Part shown: positions 30,362-37,332 of the stretch, one piece after another
Layout of the letters: every line of letters begins with the position of its first letter
Numbering within the stretch: position 1 is the first letter of the stretch
From: a virus
Reading direction: 5' to 3' (one strand)
Virus record (IMG/VR): IMGVR_UViG_3300016466_000841
Span: 1-64,000 of that record
DNA: 64,000 bases
Program-made: the position numbers and the translations under genes
Notes under the pieces: generated by a model
The model's input: the letters and a program-made list of their open reading frames with translations, nothing else
Databases searched by the model: none
What the model was told of the DNA's origin: nothing

Positions 30362-30925
30362 TTATTTTAAAATGAATCCGATTCTGTCACCGCATCTGCT
30401 TTCGTAAAAATTTTCTTTCCAGACTGGCACAATCTCTTCACTGTCATGGTTGCTAAAATCATCATTGTAACGCAGGTGTGCTTCGATTACTTTGTCGCCG
30501 ATCACTTCTACATTAAACCACTCATATCTGTCGGCCACTTGTTGCAGGCTGGGTGGAAGATCAAATGTGTCTGAGATTTTTTTCCATCTAGAAAATCGAT
30601 CTAATCTTTCGGGATCGTCCCGGAACCCTTCTGCTGCCAAGGTCTGTTTGCCATAATTATAATCAAAGGTCATGTGCCTACCAAAAAACAGTTCGCACCA
30701 AAAAAATCCATCTGGCACTTGGCTTTCATGATCTATGTAGACTACACCAGCACCGCGGCTCATCATCCTGAAGTTCACACAAGGTCTCACGATGTATCGT
30801 CCAGGTCGGGGCGGTACAGTTCCTGCGGGGCCGCAATCGTAACCCAGGCTCTTGGACAGTATGAATTTGTCATAGATCCAAAGATCTCTTGGCTGGATAA
30901 AGTCTAAAACATCAATGTCGTCCAT
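30362..30925 (-). CDS. Hypothetical phage protein (ATP-grasp-like)
   Basis: YIVRPCVN...NVEVIGDKVIEAHLRYN. Confidence 0.55.
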   Translation of the reverse strand: MDDIDVLDFIQPRDLWIYDKFILSKSLGYDCGPAGTVPPRPGRYIVRPCVNFRMMSRGAGVVYIDHESQVPDGFFWCELFFGRHMTFDYNYGKQTLAAEGFRDDPERLDRFSRWKKISDTFDLPPSLQQVADRYEWFNVEVIGDKVIEAHLRYNDDFSNHDSEEIVPVWKENFYESRCGDRIGFILK

Positions 30926-30938
30926 GCATGCCTCAATT

Positions 30939-31012
30939 TGGAGCGGCGAGCGGGAATCGAACCCGCGCGATCAGCTTGGAAGGCTGAAGTTCTACCATTA
31001 AACTACCGCCGC
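30939..31012 (-). tRNA. tRNA-Gly(UCC)
   Basis: Anticodon TCC. Confidence 0.9.
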
Positions 31013-31014
31013 AT

Positions 31015-31593
31015 TTATTTGAATCTTGGTCCTGCTACCCACCCCACCAAACTCATTCGCTGACCCGACGTCACTGGTGTGACTTCGTGCAACACCCAGC
31101 TGGGAAAAAATATCAATTTTCCTCTTTCTTTTGGCGCTACGGTTGGCTGTTCTCCAAAATAAAGTTTCAAGTCACCGCCCTCATAGTCGTTGGGATTTGA
31201 TAATTGTAAAACAAAACTCAATTTTCTGCAACCACCTATTCGCTCACCTATGTCGAGATGTGGACCATACTTTCCATTCGCTTGCCCAAAATACTGAGTA
31301 AATTGTAAATCTTCGATGTGAGTGAGGTCATAATGGAAATATTTGTCATTTACTGTTTTGATGTTCCAGGTCAAGGTGTTGTAGATCCAAGAACAGTCTG
31401 GGTCAGTGGACTTTAACCACGCGATATTACTGAGCCTATGACCTGGCGAGGCTGCGATCGCCTCGCCAGGTATGCCTGGCATTGACCGCCCTAGGTCAAT
31501 GATTTTATCAAGTTCGTCGTTGGAAAACATGTCGGCTCTCCAAGTCCAGAACTTGTTGTCGGGTGGCGGATCTAACAGCCAGGTCATTGTCAA
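31015..31593 (-). CDS. 2OG-Fe(II) oxygenase (PKHD / prolyl hydroxylase-like)
   Basis: HLD, RKLS, YEGGDL, FPSWVLHEVTPVTSGQRMSLVGW. Confidence 0.9.
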   Translation of the reverse strand: MTMTWLLDPPPDNKFWTWRADMFSNDELDKIIDLGRSMPGIPGEAIAASPGHRLSNIAWLKSTDPDCSWIYNTLTWNIKTVNDKYFHYDLTHIEDLQFTQYFGQANGKYGPHLDIGERIGGCRKLSFVLQLSNPNDYEGGDLKLYFGEQPTVAPKERGKLIFFPSWVLHEVTPVTSGQRMSLVGWVAGPRFK

Positions 31594-32060
31594 GCCACTC
31601 GTGTGATACTCTTTAGACGATCGGCAGCATAACTGGCCGCGAAGGCTCTAGGCTTGACCATGGGTATCACATTGCATGTTCCACGTATGTAACCAATAGC
31701 TTGACCAATCACACAACTCGATCCGTGCATTTCGTCGGGGTTGATGTCAAGATGCACTTCCACTTCACGATCTTCCAATGCCGGGGCAAGCCGTTGGAAC
31801 ATTTCTGATACACGGTACACTTCGTTCATGAGCCGCATGCTGGGACGATCGGCTTTTTGATCGTAGTCTCTTTCTCTGGAAACTTCTCCAAAAATCTTGC
31901 AACCGTGGCGCCCGCCGATGTGCACCACTATGGCCACTGTGTATTCGGCCCACCATACTTTGTCAGACTTGTAGCGTTCTGAGTCAGCGCCGAGATAGAC
32001 ACGAGTACCTGGAGGTTGAGCTTGTATGAATCCTACCACTTGATCGATGTCAATTTTCAT
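31590..32060 (-). CDS. RNase H-like YkuK/DUF458 family protein
   Basis: YLGADS, RLMNEV, EVHLDIN, AASYAAD. Confidence 0.8.
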   Translation of the reverse strand: MKIDIDQVVGFIQAQPPGTRVYLGADSERYKSDKVWWAEYTVAIVVHIGGRHGCKIFGEVSRERDYDQKADRPSMRLMNEVYRVSEMFQRLAPALEDREVEVHLDINPDEMHGSSCVIGQAIGYIRGTCNVIPMVKPRAFAASYAADRLKSITRVA

Positions 32061-32091
32061 GATATCCCTTTGCTGTATTTACATTGACTCT

Positions 32092-32168
32092 TGGCCGGTC
32101 CGGCAGGATTCGAACCCACGACCTCCTGTTTCGAAGACAGGCACTCTGTCCAACTGAGTTACGGACCG
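32092..32168 (-). tRNA. tRNA-Arg(UCG)
   Basis: Anticodon TCG. Confidence 0.85.
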
Positions 32169-32172
32169 CCGA

Positions 32173-32264
32173 TGGTGGAGAATGTGGGATTCGAACCCAC
32201 GGTACTGGTTACCCAATACGACGGGTTAGCAACCCGCTGCCTTCAGCCTCTCAGCCAACTCTCC
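32173..32264 (-). tRNA. tRNA-Ser(GCU)
   Basis: Anticodon GCT, long variable arm. Confidence 0.9.
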
Positions 32265-32280
32265 AATTTGAAAAATATGA

Positions 32281-32355
32281 TGGTACACCGTAGGGGAATC
32301 GAACCCCTCTTACCTGCGTGAAAGGCGGGTGTCCTAACCGATAGACGAACGGTGC
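32281..32355 (-). tRNA. tRNA-Glu(UUC)
   Basis: Anticodon TTC. Confidence 0.9.
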
Positions 32356-32396
32356 CTAGTACTTTAGTACAACTAGATTCGGTAAATAGCTAAACA

Positions 32397-32999
32397 ATGC
32401 AGTTACAATTTAATAAAATACGCGATTTTGTTTATTCTGTCAACCTCGATGTGCAGGTCGACCATGCCACTGTTTCAACAGCCCTAGAAAAAGAAACTTG
32501 GATTCCAGATCGGGCGGCCTACGGACAGGCCGATTTCGCGAGCCGATACTATCTTGAATGGAATAAAATTTCTGGTCCTGTGCTACGAGATCTGCAAGGT
32601 TGGGCCTGCTCGGACTCGTTCCGTAGGAGCGTGATCGATCAGCTCTACAGCGAACCTACTTTTGCCGAGTACTGGAGCATTGATCCCGAAACCATGTTTG
32701 GCATCACGTCAAGCTCGGGTCAATTCCTCAAAGATTTACCGGGATTCGGAGCCGGAATACACCTTGATAATCGATTACAAGTCGCCTCGGGCATGATCTA
32801 TTTCATCAATGGCGACGACGAAAATCAAAGCACGGTTTTTTATCGCGACCAAAACAAACGCTCACCGGCAAGGATACCCACCGGTCATGGTCGAGGTTGG
32901 ATCGCTGCCAACATGCACGACAGCTGGCACGATGGATGGAATCACAGTGATCAACCGCGCTACAGCATGATCTTAAGCATTGGTCTCAGGATCAATTAA
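32397..32999 (+). CDS. 2OG-Fe(II) oxygenase-like protein
   Basis: IHLDNR...SWHDG...PRY; antisense within the tRNA array; TAAATA 8 nt before the ATG. Confidence 0.7.
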   Translation: MQLQFNKIRDFVYSVNLDVQVDHATVSTALEKETWIPDRAAYGQADFASRYYLEWNKISGPVLRDLQGWACSDSFRRSVIDQLYSEPTFAEYWSIDPETMFGITSSSGQFLKDLPGFGAGIHLDNRLQVASGMIYFINGDDENQSTVFYRDQNKRSPARIPTGHGRGWIAANMHDSWHDGWNHSDQPRYSMILSIGLRIN

Positions 33000-33002
33000 A
33001 TC

Positions 33003-33079
33003 TGGCTACGGCGGAGGGATTCGAACCCCCAACATACAGTTTTGGAGACTGTCGTTCTGCCAGTTGGAACTACGCCGTA
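33003..33079 (-). tRNA. tRNA-Trp(CCA)
   Basis: Anticodon CCA. Confidence 0.9.
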
Positions 33080-33086
33080 ATGTCAT

Positions 33087-33174
33087 TGGAGGAAGAGGTG
33101 GGATTCGAACCCACGGACCCTTGCGAGCCGCTGGTTTTCAAGACCAGAGCCATAGACCACTCGACCACTCTTCC
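33087..33174 (-). tRNA. tRNA-Ser(UGA)
   Basis: Anticodon TGA, long variable arm. Confidence 0.9.
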
Positions 33175-33179
33175 ATTAT

Positions 33180-33284
33180 TGGTGCCATGCTCTGCTTCGA
33201 AACAGAGCTCTCGTTGCAGTTTGAGAGGCTTCGTGGCTAGCATCGAGAGGCCGTCCTGCCACAGCGTAAGGCGACGCTGTGCAT
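33180..33284 (-). ncRNA. tRNA-like small RNA (T-arm and ACCA, no normal D-arm or anticodon)
   Basis: 3' end CTCTGTTTCGAAGCAGAGCATGGCACCA, located between two tRNAs. Confidence 0.5.
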
Positions 33285-33286
33285 CT

Positions 33287-33367
33287 TGGTGCCCCTAATC
33301 GGATTCGAACCGATAGTTATGACACTCCTTTTGAGAGAGCCGCCTTTACCAATTTGGCCATAGGGGC
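33287..33367 (-). tRNA. tRNA-Leu(CAA)
   Basis: Anticodon CAA, short variable arm. Confidence 0.85.
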
Positions 33368-33369
33368 AT

Positions 33370-33446
33370 TGGTGGTGATGGAGGGATTCGAGCCCCCGAT
33401 CTTCCGCGTATGAAGCGGCTGCATTCACCAGCTATGCTACATCACC
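33370..33446 (-). tRNA. tRNA-Met(CAU), elongator (Ile2 not excluded)
   Basis: Anticodon CAT, paired 1:72. Confidence 0.8.
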
Positions 33447-33512
33447 TTATTGTGCATTGTCTTTGATCCATTGCCAACGTTCTTGTTGAGTCATGGTCGT
33501 TCTCCTTGTTTA

Positions 33513-33589
33513 TGGTGCCTGTTCGTGGGTTCGAACCACGGACCCCCGCGTTATCAACACGGTGCTCTGACCTGCTGAGCTAAACAGGC
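33513..33589 (-). tRNA. tRNA-Ile(GAU)
   Basis: Anticodon GAT. Confidence 0.9.
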
Positions 33590-33591
33590 AT

Positions 33592-33686
33592 TGGTACTCC
33601 CACTCAGATTCGAACTGAGATCATCCCCTCATCTAGAGGCATCGCCGGAGTATAAGGCCGGAGCTTTACCATTAAGCTATGGGAGC
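33592..33686 (-). tRNA. tRNA with UAU anticodon (nominally Ile) and long variable arm
   Basis: 95 nt; loop CT-TAT-AC; variable-arm hairpin CCTC-TAGAT-GAGG. Confidence 0.8.
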
Positions 33687-33690
33687 AAAT

Positions 33691-33768
33691 TGGAAGTGAG
33701 AGTGGGATTCGAACCCACGGTTGTGCTGCTTTGCAGGCAGTTGCCTTGGACCGCTCGGCCATCTCACT
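33691..33768 (-). tRNA. tRNA-Cys(GCA)
   Basis: Anticodon GCA, U73. Confidence 0.85.
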
Positions 33769-33773
33769 GTGTT

Positions 33774-33849
33774 TGGCTGTCCAGGCTGGGCTCGAACCAG
33801 CGACAGGGTGATTAACAGTCACCTACTCTACCTACTGAGCTACTGGACA
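33774..33849 (-). tRNA. tRNA-Asn(GUU)
   Basis: Anticodon GTT. Confidence 0.9.
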
Positions 33850-33857
33850 ATGAAACT

Positions 33858-33932
33858 TGGCGGTCCCAAGGGGAATCGAACCCCTCCATCCGCCGTGACA
33901 GGGCGGTGTACTAACCGATATACTATGGGACC
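33858..33932 (-). tRNA. tRNA-Asp(GUC)
   Basis: Anticodon GTC. Confidence 0.9.
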
Positions 33933-33940
33933 AAAACTGG

Positions 33941-34330
33941 CTAATTCAAAAGATATTCGTTATATTTCTCCCCACCAATATTGATTTGTCCTTTTGTGGT
34001 CAATACATTATGGGGTATCAGTGCTTGTTTTCCTGTGACAAGATGATGTAAAAAAATCAAATCCCAATTTTGTTGTTGGATAGTCTTGGATGGTTTATTG
34101 AAAGACATGTTTCCGCCCTTGACGTCGGCATTGAACATCATTATTCCACTTTCTTTGAGTTGGTGCGATGTCTTGACTTGGACTTTTTTGAGAATTCCGT
34201 CCATTTCCACAATCAAATCCCAATCAGCACTATCTGTCAAAGGAAGTGCTACATCATAACCTTTTGAAGTGAAATAGGCAATCGCTTGTCCTAATCCAGC
34301 ATCACCTTGCTTTTTACTATTTTTGAACAT
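33941..34330 (-). CDS. PD-(D/E)XK endonuclease (homing-type, free-standing)
   Basis: KQGDAG...GYDVALP...DLIV...KVQVKT motif; AT-rich insert between tRNA-Tyr and tRNA-Asp. Confidence 0.8.
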   Translation of the reverse strand: MFKNSKKQGDAGLGQAIAYFTSKGYDVALPLTDSADWDLIVEMDGILKKVQVKTSHQLKESGIMMFNADVKGGNMSFNKPSKTIQQQNWDLIFLHHLVTGKQALIPHNVLTTKGQINIGGEKYNEYLLN

Positions 34331-34375
34331 ATCAGTCTCCTTTGTTTTATTTAGCGGACTGATAGTCTGTTATAT

Positions 34376-34462
34376 TGGTGGGTGCCCACGGATTCGAACC
34401 GCGAAGGCCAAAGACAAGAGATTTACAGTCTCCCCCCGATACCGTTACGGGACTAGACACCC
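34376..34462 (-). tRNA. tRNA-Tyr(GUA)
   Basis: Anticodon GTA, variable arm. Confidence 0.85.
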
Positions 34463-34467
34463 AAAAA

Positions 34468-34672
34468 TGGCGGTTCTTGTGGACTTTCACCACACTCTTG
34501 CAGTCTGAGAGCTTTACCAGTGTCCCGTATCGTCACCGGTCAGGGCTATTGTCGGGGGTTGCATGACGACCTAGTCTAGACATTGCGTGTGACTAGCACG
34601 CCTGTTTCCATCCTGTCCATCACTACCTGGCAGGGAACTGAGAGCTCAGAAGGAGTACCTTACCGGAGAACC
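34468..34672 (-). ncRNA. ~205-nt RNA with tmRNA-like architecture
   Basis: Acceptor GGTTCT/AGAACC-GCCA, T-like arm TGTGG-TGAAAGT-CCACA, long interrupted helix, internal pseudoknot. Confidence 0.6.
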
Positions 34673-34922
34673 ATATTGAAACACACTGATTGAACCATTA
34701 CCTCTTTCGAGTCCGTCCTTACCGTCGGGCGTTAAACAATGTGCTTCAATATGGCACCACAGAACACAGTCTATACGAAATGTGTTTTGTGGTCAACCAT
34801 AGACAGGATCGTGTCCTGCCCCGGAGTCTTACTGGTGCCGTTTCCGCCAGCACTGTCATGTATCCGGTCCGCCCGTTCGTCTTTTTATTCTACGCTGACT
34901 TGGCCCTCGTTGCCTGGCGTAT

Positions 34923-34957
34923 AAAACAAAAAACCCTGGTATCTTTCGATCCAGGGT
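34923..34957 (-). terminator. Intrinsic terminator (attenuator) upstream of the tRNA array
   Basis: ACCCTGG-ATC-GAAA-GAT-A-CCAGGGT-TTTTTGTTTT. Confidence 0.85.
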
Positions 34958-35000
34958 CCCGGTAGTTTGAACTGATTACAACTCGATCTACTCGGACCCT
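34953..35000 (-). promoter_or_regulatory. Antiterminator hairpin overlapping the leader stop codon and terminator 5' arm
   Basis: AGGGTCCGAGTAG pairs with CTACCGGGACCCT (11 of 13 positions), capped by GAGTTG-TAAT-CAGTTC. Confidence 0.7.
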
Positions 35001-35116
35001 CCATGATCACTATTCTCAATGGCACGGGTATATCCAAAAGAGGGCCATAGTGTTAGGCCGCCCTGTGCTGGACATGCATGCATCTTCGATATGAGTGATA
35101 AGTGTTGAGTCATCAT
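34988..35116 (-). CDS. Putative 42-aa leader peptide of the tRNA operon
   Basis: MMTQHLSLISKMHACPAQGGLTLWPSFGYTRAIENSDHGGSE*; ATG 7 nt after the -10 box. Confidence 0.65.
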   Translation of the reverse strand: MMTQHLSLISKMHACPAQGGLTLWPSFGYTRAIENSDHGGSE

Positions 35117-35123
35117 AGTATCT

Positions 35124-35152
35124 ATTGTATGAGTTTATTTATACCTTGTCAA
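35124..35152 (-). promoter_or_regulatory. Composite promoter of the tRNA operon
   Basis: TTGACA-17nt-TACAAT with T4-type late element TATAAATA inside the spacer (35136-35143). Confidence 0.85.
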
Positions 35153-35162
35153 CGGCTTTTGG

Positions 35163-35190
35163 AAAAAACCCTACCAAAAGTAGGGTTTTT
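35163..35190 (-). terminator. Intrinsic terminator after ahpF
   Basis: AAAAACCCTAC-loop-GTAGGGTTTTT; separates ahpF from the tRNA promoter. Confidence 0.8.
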
Positions 35191-35193
35191 GGT

Positions 35194-36705
35194 TTAATTG
35201 CGTATGATGTAGTCAAATGCTCCTAGTGCGGCAGTGGCACCCGATCCCATGGAGATGATGATCTGCTTGTAAGGCACATTGGTGCAGTCGCCGGCAGCGA
35301 ACACACCCGGCATGGTGGTGGCACCATGACCATCCACGATGATCTCGCCGTAGCGTGTGCGGTCCACTGCACCCTCCAGCCAGTCAGTGTTGGGCACCAG
35401 GCCGATCTGGATGAAAACACCTTCCAAGGCCAGATGCTGGTTGATGCCAGTATCTCGCTCAGTATAAGTGATGCCCGTGACCTTTTCTACTCCGGTTATC
35501 TCTGTGACCTGCACATTGGTATAGACGGTGACATTGGACAGACTTTTAAGACGATTCTGCAACACTTGGTCGGCTTTGAGTTTGGGCATGAACTCAAACA
35601 CAGTGACATGCCCAACGATACCAGCGAGATCGATGGCTGCTTCCACGCCCGAGTTACCACCACCGATCACTGCCACATGTTTTCCTTTAAACAAAGGACC
35701 GTCACAGTGTGGGCAGTAAGCGACACCGCGGTTCTTGAACTCTTCTTCGCCAGGCACGCCGAGATTGCGCCATCTAGCACCTGTGGCAATGATCACTGTC
35801 TTAGACTTGAGGGTGGCACCTGACTCCAGTTCTACTTTGATCTGACCGTTTTTCTCGATGCGAGCAGCTCGTTGCAGGTTGAAGATGTCTACAGGGTACT
35901 CCTTGACATGTTCTTCGAGACTGGCAACGAGTTTTGGCCCTTCGGTGTATTTCGTGCCGATTAGATTCTCAATGCCCATGGTGTCCATGACCTGTCCGCC
36001 AAAGCGTTCAGCAACGATGGCAGTGCGGATGCCTTTGCGAGCAGCATACACAGCGGCCGCGGCACCAGCGGGTCCGCCACCCACCACCAAGACATCATAC
36101 TCGCGGCCATCGATGTCTGAGACATCTGCGGCACTGCCCAACCGGGCCAAGATCTCTTCTACGGTCATGCGGCCTGACCCAAAGGCGTCACCGTTGAGCC
36201 ATACACTGGGAACTGCCATGATGTTGCGATTGGTGGCTTCTTCTTGGAAAGCCGCACCGTCGATCATCACATGGGTGATGTTGGGATTCAACACTGCCAT
36301 GGTGTTGAGTGCTTGTACCACATCAGGGCAGTTATGACAAGTGAGACTGATGTAAGTTTCAAAACGATATTCGCCGCGCAGAGCCTTGATCTGCTCAATG
36401 ATCCGGTCGTCGATCTTGGGTTTCCTGCCACTGACCTGTAGCAAAGCCAATACAAGACTAGTGAACTCGTGTCCAGTGGGCACACCTGCGAAAGTGATCC
36501 TGTCTCCTACACGGAAACTGGGAGTGCGTGGCAGTTGCCCGGGCTCGATGGTGATGAGGTCTGTCATGCCAGCAATCTCATGCAAGAGATCCAACATGGC
36601 TTGGCTGGTCTCGTCTACACCTGCTCGCACGGTGATGGCAACAGGTCCTTCCAGTAGTCGTAGATACTGCTCAAGTTGTTGTTTTATTGATTGTTCTAAC
36701 GGCAT
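35194..36705 (-). CDS. ahpF: Alkyl hydroperoxide reductase subunit F
   Basis: [39 protein letters not shown]. Confidence 0.95.
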   Translation of the reverse strand: MPLEQSIKQQLEQYLRLLEGPVAITVRAGVDETSQAMLDLLHEIAGMTDLITIEPGQLPRTPSFRVGDRITFAGVPTGHEFTSLVLALLQVSGRKPKIDDRIIEQIKALRGEYRFETYISLTCHNCPDVVQALNTMAVLNPNITHVMIDGAAFQEEATNRNIMAVPSVWLNGDAFGSGRMTVEEILARLGSAADVSDIDGREYDVLVVGGGPAGAAAAVYAARKGIRTAIVAERFGGQVMDTMGIENLIGTKYTEGPKLVASLEEHVKEYPVDIFNLQRAARIEKNGQIKVELESGATLKSKTVIIATGARWRNLGVPGEEEFKNRGVAYCPHCDGPLFKGKHVAVIGGGNSGVEAAIDLAGIVGHVTVFEFMPKLKADQVLQNRLKSLSNVTVYTNVQVTEITGVEKVTGITYTERDTGINQHLALEGVFIQIGLVPNTDWLEGAVDRTRYGEIIVDGHGATTMPGVFAAGDCTNVPYKQIIISMGSGATAALGAFDYIIRN

Positions 36706-36708
36706 TGA

Positions 36709-37329
36709 TTACGCTCTTCCTGATGCTAACACAATGTGACAGATATGCTCTAGTCTTTCTATATGTTCAAACGCACGCCAAGGTGTAGTGTCCACGGCTA
36801 CTACACCGTGTCCTTTGATACCCACAATATCGTAGTCAATATTACCTTCTCTGTCTAATTTTAAAGCACGATGACATTCATCAGCCAATTCCTGACTTAT
36901 AGGAGGTACATCTCCTACATTGGGCGCCACTCGAGTGTATCTACTGAGTTCAGGAAAGTCTTGAACCAAATCCTGTAGCACTATTCCTCGATGCATGGCA
37001 GCCACGGTATAGGTAGGATGGAAATGCATGACTACTCGAATATCGTTTCGATGCTGCCCCATTTCTCGTTGTAGACCAAAATGCAGTGGCAACTCACCAC
37101 TGGGACGAAGATTGCCACTGAGATCATCCTGTTCTATCGCTTCGGCATGATCCCCCACGATACGCATTTTTTTAAACATATCGTACTGCATTTTCTGTTT
37201 GCGGACACCGCTAGGCGTGATGTAAAAATGATCACGATCGTGATAGCGTATGCTGACATTGCCGTCACGACTGGTAATCCAGTTACGCCGATAGGCCTCT
37301 ACCATGGTATCGCATATGGTTTCTAGCAT
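36709..37329 (-). CDS. Class II aldolase/adducin family protein
   Basis: DGNVSIR, ITPSG, PSGELPLH, HFHP, KGHGVV. Confidence 0.85.
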   Translation of the reverse strand: MLETICDTMVEAYRRNWITSRDGNVSIRYHDRDHFYITPSGVRKQKMQYDMFKKMRIVGDHAEAIEQDDLSGNLRPSGELPLHFGLQREMGQHRNDIRVVMHFHPTYTVAAMHRGIVLQDLVQDFPELSRYTRVAPNVGDVPPISQELADECHRALKLDREGNIDYDIVGIKGHGVVAVDTTPWRAFEHIERLEHICHIVLASGRA

Positions 37330-37332
37330 GGC

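Noticed and set aside
28472-33174. tRNAs with TAA, TAG and TGA anticodons as possible stop-codon suppressors or a sign of recoding
   Set aside because: These anticodons read TTA, CTA and TCA (Leu, Leu, Ser). No CTA, TTA or TCA anticodon was found, and long genes are intact in the standard code.
34468-34672. Calling this element a canonical tmRNA (ssrA) or an intron-containing tRNA
   Set aside because: It lacks G3:U70/A73, the TTC T-loop and an AA-ending tag, is too short, and shows no group I core; kept only as tmRNA-like.
28414-34965. Many ORF-track entries across the tRNA region (e.g. 29134-29499, 29701-30006, 32084-32321, 32980-33298, 33591-33984, 34375-34965)
   Set aside because: They are translations of tRNA/ncRNA sequence or its antisense.
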